Source of the DNA: an uncultured Nitrososphaerota archaeon | GTDB taxonomy: Archaea > Thermoproteota > Nitrososphaeria > Nitrososphaerales > Nitrosopumilaceae | Direction: 5' to 3' | Length of the DNA stretch: 64,000 bases | Assembly: GCA_963824385.1 (NCBI GenBank) | Contig: CAWGPD010000004.1 | Location: forward strand, 1 to 64,000 | Part shown: positions 40,017-50,822 of the stretch, piece after piece | Layout: every line of letters starts with the position of its first letter | How positions within the stretch are numbered: the stretch's first letter is position 1 | Position numbers and translations under genes: made by a program | Notes under the pieces: generated by a model | The model's input: the letters and a program-made list of their open reading frames with translations, nothing else | Database searches by the model: none | What the model was told of the DNA's origin: nothing

Positions 40017-41327
40017 ATGAGTACAGCAGCAGCAAGAAAACCTCACTTGAACATGATTGTCGTAGGACACATCGATAACGGTAAATCTACTACCATGGGT
40101 CACTTTTTAATGGACTTGGGTTTAGTTGATGAACGAACTATTGCTTCACATGCAGCCGAATCCGAAAAGACCGGAAAAGGTGACACTTTCAAATATGCGT
40201 GGGTCATGGACAATATCAAAGACGAAAGAGAGAGAGGTATTACAATCGATTTAGCATTTCAAAAATTTGAATCACCAAAATACTTCTTCACATTAATTGA
40301 TGCACCCGGCCACAGAGACTTTATCAAAAACATGATCACAGGAGCTTCAGAAGCAGACTGTGCAGTGTTGGTCTTATCGGCTAAAGAAGGTGAAACAGAT
40401 ACTGCAACAGCACCAGGCGGACAAGCAAGAGAACATGCTTTCTTACTTAGAACATTAGGTGTTGGACAACTCGCAGTTGCAATCAATAAAATGGATGACA
40501 GTAACTTTTCAGAAGCAGCATTCAAGGCCGCAAAAGAAAAAGCAGAAAAATTATTAAAATCAGTAGGTTACAAGCTTGAAAATGTCGCAATAATTCCAGT
40601 CTCAGGTTGGAAGGGTGACAACTTGGTCAAGAAATCACCAAACATGCCATGGTGGACAGGTAAAACACTATACGAAGCATTTGATGAATTCAAGATGCCA
40701 GACAAGCCAACAGGTAAACCACTCAGAATTCCAGTTCAAGATGTTTATACCATCACTGGTGTAGGCACAGTTCCAGTGGGACGTGTCGAAACAGGAGTTG
40801 CAAAACCAGGTATGAAAATAGTTGTCATGCCATCAGGTGCAGTCGGTGAAATCAAGTCAATTGAAACACACCATACTGAAATGCCTTCAGCAGAACCAGG
40901 TGACAACATAGGATTCAACTTGAGAGGTATTGAAAAGAAAGATATCCATAGAGGCGATGTTATTGGAACAGCTGATGCCCCACCGAATGTTGCAAAAGAA
41001 TTCCGAGCTCAAATCATAGTTATTCACCATCCAACAGCAATTTCACCTGGTTACACACCAGTAATGCATGCACATACAGCTCAAGTTGCAGCAACCATAG
41101 TTGCATTCGAAGCAAAAATCAACCCACAATCTGGCGCAATTGAAGAAGAAAATCCAAAATTCTTAAAGGCGGGAGATTCTGCAATTGTTAGAATCAAGCC
41201 AGTAAGACCACTGTGCATTGAAACATTTGGAGAATTTCCAGAAATGGGACGATTTGCACTGAGAGACATGGGTGCAACAATTGCAGCAGGTATCGTAAAG
41301 GAAATTACTGAGAAATACACTAAGTAA
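40017..41327 (+). CDS. tuf: Translation elongation factor EF-1 alpha
   Basis: GHIDNGKST, ERERGITID, DAPGHRDF, NKMD, GRFALRDMG. Confidence 0.98.
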   Translation: MSTAAARKPHLNMIVVGHIDNGKSTTMGHFLMDLGLVDERTIASHAAESEKTGKGDTFKYAWVMDNIKDERERGITIDLAFQKFESPKYFFTLIDAPGHRDFIKNMITGASEADCAVLVLSAKEGETDTATAPGGQAREHAFLLRTLGVGQLAVAINKMDDSNFSEAAFKAAKEKAEKLLKSVGYKLENVAIIPVSGWKGDNLVKKSPNMPWWTGKTLYEAFDEFKMPDKPTGKPLRIPVQDVYTITGVGTVPVGRVETGVAKPGMKIVVMPSGAVGEIKSIETHHTEMPSAEPGDNIGFNLRGIEKKDIHRGDVIGTADAPPNVAKEFRAQIIVIHHPTAISPGYTPVMHAHTAQVAATIVAFEAKINPQSGAIEEENPKFLKAGDSAIVRIKPVRPLCIETFGEFPEMGRFALRDMGATIAAGIVKEITEKYTK

Positions 41328-41336
41328 GGGACCTGG

Positions 41337-41645
41337 ATGACACAGACAGCCCGAATCAAATTAACAAGCACAAGTCTTCAAAGACTGGACGGAGTCTGCA
41401 CTGAAATTAAAGGAATAGGAGAAAAAACTGGTGTCAAAGTAAAAGGTCCAACACCATTGCCAGTAAAAACATTAAACGTCGTTACAAGAAAATCCCCATG
41501 CGGTCAGGGTACAAACACCTATGAAAAATGGGAAATGCGAATTCACAGAAGAGTAATTGACTTGGGTGCAGATGATAGGGCAATAAGACAATTGATGAGA
41601 ATAAAAATTCCAAATGACGTCTACATTGAACTTACTTTGAAATAG
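41337..41645 (+). CDS. rpsJ: 30S ribosomal protein S10 (uS10)
   Basis: GPTPLP, RKSPCGQG, WEMRIHRRVID; follows EF-1alpha. Confidence 0.96.
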   Translation: MTQTARIKLTSTSLQRLDGVCTEIKGIGEKTGVKVKGPTPLPVKTLNVVTRKSPCGQGTNTYEKWEMRIHRRVIDLGADDRAIRQLMRIKIPNDVYIELTLK

Positions 41646-41658
41646 ATTTTGATATAAA

Positions 41659-41853
41659 ATGTCTGAACCAACTCCAGAAATTCAAGCAGAAGAAAAACCA
41701 GTGACCTTTAGTGTGTACTATTCTTGCATGCGTTGTGGAACCAATGTATCCCAATCCGAATTGTCACGACTACCTGAAATAAAATGCATTTGTGGTTTTA
41801 GAGTATTTACAAAGGTCAGACCACCAGTAGTAAAAACAATAAAGGCTTTTTAA
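41659..41853 (+). CDS. rpo12: RNA polymerase subunit P (Rpo12)
   Basis: Y.C.RCG...IKC.CGFRVF.K.RP zinc ribbon. Confidence 0.85.
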   Translation: MSEPTPEIQAEEKPVTFSVYYSCMRCGTNVSQSELSRLPEIKCICGFRVFTKVRPPVVKTIKAF

Positions 41854-42050
41854 AAATCTCTTTTTCCGCGATAAGTATGTGATCTCTGCATATGAGTTCG
41901 CATCTCTTCCATGCTAGAGAAATTCATATTGCATTTTTTACAATCATATGCCTTGTCACTATGATACAACTGCTGATGTTGCATTAAGTATTCTTGCTGT
42001 CTGAATTTTTCTCCACATGTTTCACACTTGAATTTTTTGAATATATGCAT
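41850..42050 (-). CDS. Two-finger C2H2 zinc-finger protein
   Basis: FKCETCGEKF....LMQHQQLYH and YDCKKCNMNF....MRTHMQRSH. Confidence 0.85.
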   Translation of the reverse strand: MHIFKKFKCETCGEKFRQQEYLMQHQQLYHSDKAYDCKKCNMNFSSMEEMRTHMQRSHTYRGKRDF

Positions 42051-42055
42051 AGATA

Positions 42056-42466
42056 CTACCCCATCTTTGCCTTTTGCGCATCCCAACATTCTTTGCACAG
42101 TTGACCATCAAGTATCCAGTGTTTTTTAGGATTATACCGTATCATGCCAAGTGTTTTGTGACATACGGCACAAAATGATTTTTGATTTTTAAATTCAAGA
42201 TCCTTTTTATCAAAACATGTCTTACACAACAAGCCAGTCATATCCCACTGGTATCGTGGTTCCCACAAATCTGGAACATCTTTTTCTATGCCACACGTGA
42301 CACATTTTTGTCGCAAACCAAGTTCGTAGAATTTTTTCATCTGGGTAACATAACAATCCCCGCAAAGAGGTCCCTCAATCTGCCATTCACTTTTAGGCTT
42401 GTGTTTATGCGATGTCTCTTTTTTGCAAATATTGCAAATAACAGGTTTTTTGGAAAACAATCCCAT
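42056..42466 (-). CDS. Cys-rich protein with three repeated CxxC...W...LCxxC modules
   Basis: Repeats visible in the translation. Confidence 0.8.
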   Translation of the reverse strand: MGLFSKKPVICNICKKETSHKHKPKSEWQIEGPLCGDCYVTQMKKFYELGLRQKCVTCGIEKDVPDLWEPRYQWDMTGLLCKTCFDKKDLEFKNQKSFCAVCHKTLGMIRYNPKKHWILDGQLCKECWDAQKAKMG

Positions 42467-42538
42467 GTTTTAAAATAAAACTAAATCCATTAAATAGTTA
42501 TCATAAAGGAAAGAAAATGAGAACGTTCGTTCTCTGTT

Positions 42539-42661
42539 TATTGGCCTAGTGCTTCTTCGAGAAGACTGGCTTGCGTTTAACATACCCTTTTGCTTTGCAA
42601 TCTGCTCAATCTGTGCATATTGTTCAGATGTAAAACAAACTGGCATTGAACGGTCTTTCAT
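42539..42661 (-). CDS. Small ribbon-helix-helix-like protein (apparent 1-nt insertion near 42565)
   Basis: MKDRSMPVCFTSEQYAQIEQIAKQKGMLNASQ continues as LLEEALGQ* if one T is removed. Confidence 0.5.
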
Positions 42662-42734
42662 GCATTATGACAGCAACTCTGATTTTATATCCTTTTTGTT
42701 GATTTGCTTTGATCGTCAGGATCGATTTTATGGG

Positions 42735-44129
42735 CTAATCCTTGAATACGTATTTACGCTGACCACGAAGTTCTGGACTACTTCCTACTCCTACTAGTAT
42801 AAACTCTTTTTTGCCCTCAAGAATGTTCTCAGTTGGACCAAGTTTACTTTCATGGATCTGCTCATATTCTTCCAATGACACCTTTCTTCTATCACCTATT
42901 TCTGCCTCCAAATTCATGTTCTTGACAATCTCTTTGTAGGCTGGCATTATGACACCACTGAAGACCATGGCACTACTACCACTTCCATATGATCCAAATC
43001 CAAATCTCTTGTCCTCAAGGTCGGTGCCTTTTTGGAATTCAAACTCTAGACAACTTCTAAAGCCCATGTAAAGTGAAGCCGTGTAAATATTTCCTACTGT
43101 ACTTGATGCAATAAGGGAACTGGCAAGTTTGGAATCATACGCTTCTTGGAATTCCTCAGTTTGAGTAAATCGTTTAGTAAACTCGTGATCTTTTTGCATA
43201 AATTCTTCATCTGCAAGTATTGATTCGATTGTTCCACGTGGATCTTTTGGTGTAGGTTCAGGGATTCCCATTTTTTCTACAATTCCCTTCCAGCGAGGCA
43301 AGCTACGCCACTCATGTCTTAGAAGATACGTCAGCGCCTTTTTACCCATGTTGCTATATGGAAGATGCATGTTGATAAAATCAATATAATCCAAAATCGA
43401 CTCACCTTCCTTTAGTTTTATTATTCCAGTTGATAGTGCTTTTTCTTTGTATGCCATCAACGCCTTTTTGACCTGAATCATGTACAGCAAGTTAGAATAC
43501 TGCCCATTGACAATTGGCGTCTCTTTTCCAAATGGCCTATAGAAATCATATTCATTTTTAATTGAAGTTGAAGTAACTTTAGGATCAAAAGTCATAATTC
43601 GTGGATTGTCGTTCAACAGCATTGCAACAGCACCAGCTCCCTGGGTATATTCTCCACTTGAACCCATGTCATATTTTGCAATATCTGATACCACCACTAG
43701 GGCTGCCTTACCCTCTGCCTCCCCCGCTCTTATCCAATTAGCATTATCATACAAAGCATATGAGCCACTAACACATGCAAACTTGCATTCTATTCCTCCA
43801 CAATGACCAAAGGAATCGTTTCCATAGACTTGTTCTAGCATTCCAATCACATAGGAGTTCATTGCCTTTGATTCATCAAGTGATGATTCTGTTGCAACAT
43901 ATAATCTTCCAATATCTTTTGGAGCAATCTTGTTTCGCTCCATTATTCTCAGACATGCATTTGCGGCCATACATGCAGGGTCTTGATTAGTATCTACAAT
44001 AGCCATTCGAGATACACCTAGACCTTTTTGGAGCTTGTCTGGGTCCATTCCACGTGCCTGTGCAAAGTCTCTAGCATCCACAAACAATCTAGGAACGTAC
44101 AGGGCTATGTCGTCTATACCTGCAGCCAA
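42735..44129 (-). CDS. Hydroxymethylglutaryl-CoA synthase
   Basis: GIDDI..YVP, ATESSLDESK, ECKFAC, SDIAKY, GEYTQGAGAVA, HLPY, GNIYTAS, SYGSG. Confidence 0.93.
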   Translation of the reverse strand: MAAGIDDIALYVPRLFVDARDFAQARGMDPDKLQKGLGVSRMAIVDTNQDPACMAANACLRIMERNKIAPKDIGRLYVATESSLDESKAMNSYVIGMLEQVYGNDSFGHCGGIECKFACVSGSYALYDNANWIRAGEAEGKAALVVVSDIAKYDMGSSGEYTQGAGAVAMLLNDNPRIMTFDPKVTSTSIKNEYDFYRPFGKETPIVNGQYSNLLYMIQVKKALMAYKEKALSTGIIKLKEGESILDYIDFINMHLPYSNMGKKALTYLLRHEWRSLPRWKGIVEKMGIPEPTPKDPRGTIESILADEEFMQKDHEFTKRFTQTEEFQEAYDSKLASSLIASSTVGNIYTASLYMGFRSCLEFEFQKGTDLEDKRFGFGSYGSGSSAMVFSGVIMPAYKEIVKNMNLEAEIGDRRKVSLEEYEQIHESKLGPTENILEGKKEFILVGVGSSPELRGQRKYVFKD

Positions 44130-44229
44130 TAGCTTCAGACTTCCAATTACAGATATAAGGATTTTGAGAATCTCAATTGATCTCAAAGATTGATATTTTT
44201 TGGCATTTAATGGAAAAATGCCTAAAAAT

Positions 44230-44961
44230 TTATGATTTTAGCTGTGATTTGAATATATTATCAAAAACTTGGAATGGCTGCGCCCCTACAACTTTGGTCA
44301 CAGTGTGATCAGGTAATATAATGAAAAAGTCGGGAGTTCCAGTCAAACCAAGGTTTTTTGCATCAGAAAGACCACCCTCGACGGTAGAAATGTACTTGGA
44401 TTGAGTCATACACTGGTTAAACATATTCTCGTCTAGCCCTACTTGCTTTGCGAACTTTAGTAGGTTGTCAGATGATGCCCAGCCAGTATTTTCGCCAGCC
44501 CAGTTATTGTATAATGTGTCATGATAGTCCCAGAATTTACCTTGCTCTTGTGCACAGTGTGAGGCATGAGCAGCATTCACAGAGTCCTGACCAATTATAG
44601 TGAAATCCTTGAAGACCATACGAACTTTACCCGTATTGATGTAATTTTTGAGAATATCAGGCTCAGTATTATTATAAAATTGATGACAGTAAAAGCATTG
44701 ATAATCTCCAAACTCTATCATCGTAATTGGCGCATCCTTTGAACCTAGTATTGGTGATGTGTTATCTACCAACAAGTGTAGTGTGGCAAGTGCAGATGTA
44801 GTATTTACGTGTCCCGTAGTATTTTCTTGTCCTTGGGTTTGTATTTGTGGAATTTGTATATTTGATTTTTCAGTACCCTGCCCAAACATGAAAAAAACAA
44901 TCACAATAACTGCAACTACAACGCCCACCCCAATCCCTATGGATGGTAGATGAATATTCAA
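44230..44961 (-). CDS. Membrane-anchored DsbA-family thiol-disulfide oxidoreductase
   Basis: N-terminal TM; G...AP.T.IEFGDYQCFYC; GTP cis-Pro loop. Confidence 0.9.
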   Translation of the reverse strand: MNIHLPSIGIGVGVVVAVIVIVFFMFGQGTEKSNIQIPQIQTQGQENTTGHVNTTSALATLHLLVDNTSPILGSKDAPITMIEFGDYQCFYCHQFYNNTEPDILKNYINTGKVRMVFKDFTIIGQDSVNAAHASHCAQEQGKFWDYHDTLYNNWAGENTGWASSDNLLKFAKQVGLDENMFNQCMTQSKYISTVEGGLSDAKNLGLTGTPDFFIILPDHTVTKVVGAQPFQVFDNIFKSQLKS

Positions 44962-45039
44962 TAATCAAATAATTATTTTAGATTATTTAGTCCTTGTTGA
45001 AGGGTAATCCAAATAAATGGGCATTCTTGTCAGAAAACT

Positions 45040-46090
45040 GTGAAAAAGGTTTTTGTGAATGGTTATGGTTCTATTGGTAGCAGGATTACTCAATTCATTG
45101 CAGATGATAAAGACATAGAACTAGTAGGAGTTGGCAAATATTCTCCCGATGAGAAAGTTGCAGATGCCATATCTCGGGGATTTCATGTATATGTTCCAAA
45201 GGCAAAGATGGATTCTTTCAAAAATTATAAAATATCTGGCTCATTAGAGGACATAATTTCAGAATGTGATCTAATAATAGATGCCGCCCCAGGCGGGGTA
45301 GGGCATACAAACAAAAAAACACTTTATGAACCAAAAAATGTCAGAGCAATTTTTCAGGGCGGTGAAAAAATAGGAGGACCAGAATCAGTTGCAAATTTGA
45401 TCTTCAACTCTCGTGTAAATTATGAAAAAACATTTAATGAAAAATATGTCATGCAGGGAAGCTGTAATGTAACTGGAATGGGGAGAATACTTCAGCCACT
45501 CAAAGAGAAATATGGAAAAAAGAATCAGGCGATTTGATGCCACACTCATAAGAAGATGGGCAGACCTTGAGGATACCAAGACCCCAGTAAAAGATTCAAT
45601 TGAATGGACTAGAAAACCGCATCATAATGAAGATGTAAAGAGCTACATGGGTGCAGATACCCCATTATTTATTCGAGTATTGAAGGTTCCAACAAGACAA
45701 ATGCATGTTCATTTGATGGATGTTCGATTTGATGGACCTGCACCAAATGTACAAGAAATTCTTGATTTATATAAAAATGAATATGGTATTGCAATATTAT
45801 ACACCGCAAAAGGAACAAAGGATATTCGAGACTTTGCAGAGACTATGAAATTTAATTTCAAAGATACAAACATGATTCACATTCACGCAGATGTGATTGA
45901 GGTTCAGGGTGATGTTATCAAACTTACATATTCTGATGATCAAACCGGAATAGTGGTACCTGAGAATCACATCTTGATGCAGGCAATGTTATTTAATAGG
46001 AAAAGAGAAGATGCGTTCAAACATACTGAGGAATTGTTTCACATGGCAGAAAAGAAAAAACTACTTGAAGAACACTTTGCAAAGAAATGA
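45040..46090 (+). CDS. gap: Archaeal type II glyceraldehyde-3-phosphate dehydrogenase; apparent extra A near 45520 splits the ORF
   Basis: VNGYGSIGSR, FQGGEK, catalytic SCN.TG; second frame carries RRWAD, PHH, VPT..MH.H, IVVPEN. Confidence 0.9.
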
Positions 46091-46274
46091 CACCATATTG
46101 TATGACGATGTGTTATTAGAATGATATTTTGCCAATGTGAACTTATAAAAGAGACACTGTAGAAGTTCACATACACAACACTTTGTTCTCAATCATATCG
46201 AAAAATTTAACGATTAAAACTTATAATTTAACAGTCATGTCAAGCACCTACTCTATCAGCAGAGGTAAAAAATA

Positions 46275-47523
46275 ATGACATCAAACCTGACTTTAGACAT
46301 ACTAATACTGGCAATTATGGTGGGATTGTCTGGGTTTTTCAGTGGTTCAGAGATTGCGTTGATTGGCATAAGCAGAGCAAAGGTCAATCAACTTGTAAAA
46401 GAAAAAGTAAAAGGTTCAGCATCACTTTACAAACTAAAGTCAAACCCAAGCAGAATGCTCGCAACTTTGAACCTAGGTACAAACTTGGTCAACGTAGGGT
46501 CATCTGCACTTGCTACAGCAGTTTCATTAGAGATTTTCGGAAACAACGGTCTTGCAATCAGCTATTGGCATCATGACATTTGTACTTCTAGTATTTGGAG
46601 AAATCACTCCAAAAGCATATTGTAATGCAAATGCAATAAAAATTTCTTTGAAGGTAAGTAGAGTAATACTAGTTTTCAGTTATGTATTTTATCCCTTTGT
46701 GTTACTTTTTGAAAAGATTACAAATGCCATGCTAAAAGTTGTAGGAAGTTCGCACCAACCGCCACCAATTACTGAACAAGAAATTTACAGCGTAATAGAG
46801 CAAGGCTTGGAAGACAAGGCGTTACAAAAACACGAGGGCGAGCTTGTCCATGGAGCACTCAAGTTTGATGATATCGTCATTCGTGCAGTTATGACTCCTA
46901 GAACAAAGATGTTCATGCTTCCAGCAAAGACATTGCTTTTTGATGCAATGCCTTTGATAAGTAAAAGTGGGTATTCAAGAATACCAATTTACAAAGATAC
47001 GCCTGATCAGATTGTCGGCATACTCAATGTAAGAGACTTGTTAAAGCATTTGGAAAAAGATGAAAAAATGCTTTCTTTGGAATCTCTAAGTAGAAAACCA
47101 ATCTTTGTATCCCAAGAACAAAGAATTAGCAAATTACTCCGAGAGATGCAAGGCAGACAAACCCATATGGCAATAGTTGTAGACGAGTTTGGCGGAGTTG
47201 AAGGGTGTGTTACACTTGAAGACTTGTTAGAAGAGATAGTGGGAGAGATAATGGATGAGACCGATTTAGAAGAGCTTAATTTCAAAATGCTGGATAAAAA
47301 TACAATGTTAGCCAATGGAGATGTTGAGATAGATACAATAAATGAGATACTCAAGTCAGAAATTCCACAGGGTGAGGATTATTCTACTTTGAATGCATTA
47401 TTACATGACAAATTAAAAGACATTCCAAAACAAGGAGATAGAATAGTCATAGAATCAGTCAAGATGACAGTAGAAGAAGCAACAAATAATCAGGCAAGTC
47501 GCATAAAAATAGAAAAGATATAA
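46275..47523 (+). CDS. CNNM/DUF21-CBS-CorC (hemolysin-like) transporter; apparent frameshift near 46560
   Basis: SGFFSGSEIAL, FGEITPK, VMTPR, SRIPIY, VVDEFGG..G.VTLEDLLEEIVGEI.DE. Confidence 0.9.
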
Positions 47524-47528
47524 GATAA

Positions 47529-48860
47529 CTAAGTTCTAGGCGGAATTGCAAATTTGTTTTGTGGGTCTTTGTGATAATCCACCGGTATGCTAGAATCTTT
47601 CTGGCGACCAGTTAATATTCCTACAACTGTTTCATCTTTCTTTATTACCCCCTCTTCAAGTAATTTCTTGACTCCAGCAGGCACTGCACCTGATGCCATT
47701 TCACAGTCAAACCCATTAAGACCAACAAGTGCCATTCCATCAAGCATCTCTTTATCTGATACTTGGGTTACAATGCCATTTGTAAAATCAAGTGCACGTA
47801 ATCCCTTGAGAATGTTAGCAGGTTTTGCAATTTGTATTGCAGTAGCTTTGGTCTTGGGCCTAATCTGGTTTTTATCCATGTATTCATAATATCTTTTAAT
47901 CAATCCAGTATCAGATTTTCCTTTATTCCAACGTAGTTCAGTATTTTCAAACTTACCATTATACAAATTGTATAAAGTGTTAGCACCTTCTGAATTTGCA
48001 ACCGCAAGTCTTGGAATTTTCTTTATCCAACCCCATTCGTATAACTCCATCAATGCCTTACCACAGCTTGATGTATTTCCAAGTGCACCTCCCGGGTAAA
48101 CTATCCAATCAGGAGGATTCCAATCCAAGAATTCTAACGCCCTAAAAACAATTGTTTTTTGTCCCTCGATTCTAAATGGATTTACAGAGTTTACAGTATA
48201 TCCACCAACTTTTCCTGCCTGTTGCAATGAAGTTGATAGTGCATCATCAAAATTTCCTTTAATTTCCACAACTTGAGCTCCGAATTGAAATGCCTGACTA
48301 AGCTTTCCAGGCGCAACTTCTCCCGCAGGGATGTATACATCACATTCCATCTTCTCGTTTGCTGCATACATTGCAGTCGAAGCTGACGTGTTACCAGTTG
48401 AGGCACATATTATTTTTTTAATTTTAACGAGTTTAGCATGAGTTACAGCAGTTGTCATACCATTGTCTTTGAATGAACCACTTGGATTGTATCCTTCTGG
48501 CTGAAGCCAGAGATTATTTACTCCAACATAGTCTGAGACTCGGGACATGTGATATGGTTTTGATAGTCTCCCCTCTGCACCATCTAATGATACTAGATAT
48601 TTTGAACATTGATCAATGTCTTCAGTATCAATTTGACAAAAATTCAGCAATTCTCGAAAACGCCAAACACCACTTTCATTAAAAATATTATTAGTATGAT
48701 TCCTGCGTTTATAGAATACATCTTTTAATGTAGTAGGAGGTGTAATGCTATATTTTACATCAAGCAAGTGTCCTTTTTCACATTCTATTCTAATGTCAGT
48801 TATAGGATATTGAAGGCCACAGTTTGGGTCTATGCATTTTAAGAATGCGGTAGGTGACAT
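47529..48860 (-). CDS. thrC: Threonine synthase
   Basis: NPSGSFKD, ASTGNTSAS, GKLSQA, NSVNPFRIEGQKT motifs. Confidence 0.93.
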   Translation of the reverse strand: MSPTAFLKCIDPNCGLQYPITDIRIECEKGHLLDVKYSITPPTTLKDVFYKRRNHTNNIFNESGVWRFRELLNFCQIDTEDIDQCSKYLVSLDGAEGRLSKPYHMSRVSDYVGVNNLWLQPEGYNPSGSFKDNGMTTAVTHAKLVKIKKIICASTGNTSASTAMYAANEKMECDVYIPAGEVAPGKLSQAFQFGAQVVEIKGNFDDALSTSLQQAGKVGGYTVNSVNPFRIEGQKTIVFRALEFLDWNPPDWIVYPGGALGNTSSCGKALMELYEWGWIKKIPRLAVANSEGANTLYNLYNGKFENTELRWNKGKSDTGLIKRYYEYMDKNQIRPKTKATAIQIAKPANILKGLRALDFTNGIVTQVSDKEMLDGMALVGLNGFDCEMASGAVPAGVKKLLEEGVIKKDETVVGILTGRQKDSSIPVDYHKDPQNKFAIPPRT

Positions 48861-48954
48861 TATGAAAAACTTCGTTGAATCTTATTTAAATCTAAAGGAT
48901 TTTAAATTTAGACAAAATCTTTGTCGTTACATAAAAAACATAAACTAGAATGTG

Positions 48955-49068
48955 TTATTTTTTTGGACCTGAACGCATGTGAAAGTTGATACAACATTTA
49001 CATTCTTTTGATATGCATTCTTTTTCAGATAAATGACCACAAATACCACATTCACAATGAGTTTGCAT
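48955..49068 (-). CDS. 37-aa metallothionein-like Cys/His microprotein
   Basis: Manual translation MQTHCECGICGHLSEKECISKECKCCINFHMRSGPKK* (7 Cys, 3 His). Confidence 0.55.
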   Translation of the reverse strand: MQTHCECGICGHLSEKECISKECKCCINFHMRSGPKK

Positions 49069-49132
49069 CTTTCTTCTGAGGAGGTATCAAATTTAACCAA
49101 TATAGGGGTTCTTCTTGGACAAACAATAGATG

Positions 49133-49477
49133 TTATTTTTTTGATTTTTTAGATTTTTCAGAGGGCTTCTTTCCTGTTTTTTTCTTGTCTTCCATGTGTT
49201 TTGCCTTTGCTTCCTCTGTTTCTTTGCTCTTCTCATCGACTGCCTTCATAACAGCCTGAATCAAGCCATCTAGATCACTGTCAGAAACCTCAGGTTCTAC
49301 AGCACTTGCTATTTGAGTGATAGTATTAGATATGGCGGAGCTTACTTCATCAAAACTCTCAGGATCCTCATATGCCGCATTGTATAGTGCCTTTAACCTT
49401 CGAACATCAGAAAGCACTTGATCGGTCAGGGTTAGACGGTATTTTTTACCATTTATGGTGATTTCCTGAATTATCAT
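49133..49477 (-). CDS. Hypothetical protein with Lys-rich tail
   Basis: Likely start MIIQEITINGK within the 146-aa ORF. Confidence 0.7.
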   Translation of the reverse strand: MIIQEITINGKKYRLTLTDQVLSDVRRLKALYNAAYEDPESFDEVSSAISNTITQIASAVEPEVSDSDLDGLIQAVMKAVDEKSKETEEAKAKHMEDKKKTGKKPSEKSKKSKK

Positions 49478-49554
49478 GCATGCACTCGCCATCATGCTTT
49501 CATAAAGTTTTCTGTAAAAAAGAACAATTACCCGAAAGACATCAAATAAGCAAG

Positions 49555-50448
49555 TTGAATAGAAAATCCCCAAGCAAGTCAGAGAGGTATTTTAGCACAG
49601 GTCTTACCATGATCACATCTAGAGGCACTAATGGACCAAATGTTATGACTGCAGAATGGGTAATGCAGATTTCATACCAACCAGTGTTAATTGGAGCATT
49701 CATCCACGAAGGATCCCAAACATTGAAGAACATAGAAAAAACAAAAGAGTTTGGAATTAACGTCACTTCACAAAAACAAACCACTGAAGTAAATATCGCA
49801 GGAGGGTATTCTGGAACCGAGTTGGATAAATTGAAAATAAAAAGCATTTTCAAACTTGTCACACCACAAAAAATCAAAACGCCTCTAATTTCAGGTTGTA
49901 CAATAAATGCGGAATGTAAACTAGTCCGAAAGCAAAAACTAGGAGATCATGTCATGGTAGTAGGCAAGGTTGTATACATTAGACATGATGATTCTAAAAC
50001 TCCATTAATATATCACAGTGGACGATATTTTGGTCTAGATTCGGGTATAGAACAGGACAGAGTAGTAGTCAATGTACATAAAGATACGTTGAAATATTTT
50101 AAAAATATCGCACAGAAAAAATTTGTTGTAAAATGTGTCGGTGTATTAGTAGAATCAAAAAACAAAATCCTAGTCATATCCAAATCAAAAACTATGTTAG
50201 ACGTGATTCCATTTAGCGTTCCACTCCAAGGCGTGAATCAGAGGAATCACCTCATAGAATTTCTAAAAAACACGGAACTGGACATACAAGTTGGCAAAAT
50301 CCCAATCATGAAGAGATTGATTCTAAAAAATGGCAAAGACATTCAAAGAATAAACTTTGTACTATTTCATGGAAAAAACCTAAAATCATCAAAAGTAATA
50401 AAATGGAAGTATTCTACAGATAACCGTCTAATATCGGCCCTAGTCTAG
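49555..50448 (+). CDS. Flavin reductase-like (split-barrel FMN-binding) protein with extra C-terminal domain
   Basis: NVMTAEW..QISY.P, T..NI..T.EF.IN, ECKL, GDH..VVG.V motifs. Confidence 0.82.
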   Translation: MNRKSPSKSERYFSTGLTMITSRGTNGPNVMTAEWVMQISYQPVLIGAFIHEGSQTLKNIEKTKEFGINVTSQKQTTEVNIAGGYSGTELDKLKIKSIFKLVTPQKIKTPLISGCTINAECKLVRKQKLGDHVMVVGKVVYIRHDDSKTPLIYHSGRYFGLDSGIEQDRVVVNVHKDTLKYFKNIAQKKFVVKCVGVLVESKNKILVISKSKTMLDVIPFSVPLQGVNQRNHLIEFLKNTELDIQVGKIPIMKRLILKNGKDIQRINFVLFHGKNLKSSKVIKWKYSTDNRLISALV

Positions 50449-50804
50449 ATTATGATATAGTCTAATGCCACTGCATCAGCAAGCAATGAAGCATGCCTTG
50501 AATTTACAATATATCCATTCTTGATATCGGTTGTTGGAACCCATCTGTTTGTAGAGCTATAATGTCTTTTTTCCTTCATCTCTTTTTCAATAACATGTAA
50601 GTCACATTCTCCCTCTTCAATCTGTTGAGTGTCTATGTGTTTTATTGTGATAAGAATTCTCTTTACTTTGACTCGAACTCCAAATCTCCATATGTGATCA
50701 GAAGTATCATCTTCAACTTCGAGTAATTTTAGTTTTATTTCCTTTGTAGCTAGAGCATCTCTGCTTACCAAGCTGCGTTCATCTACAAAATCTTCAAAAC
50801 TCAT
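50445..50804 (-). CDS. Hypothetical protein
   Basis: 119-aa ORF co-oriented with the resolvase-like gene. Confidence 0.7.
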   Translation of the reverse strand: MSFEDFVDERSLVSRDALATKEIKLKLLEVEDDTSDHIWRFGVRVKVKRILITIKHIDTQQIEEGECDLHVIEKEMKEKRHYSSTNRWVPTTDIKNGYIVNSRHASLLADAVALDYIII

Positions 50805-50822
50805 AATTGTATAAACACAATA

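Noticed and set aside
45505..45537. Programmed -1 frameshift at A AAA AAG in gap
   Set aside because: Joining the two ORFs needs a +1 shift, so an extra A in a homopolymer is the simpler explanation.
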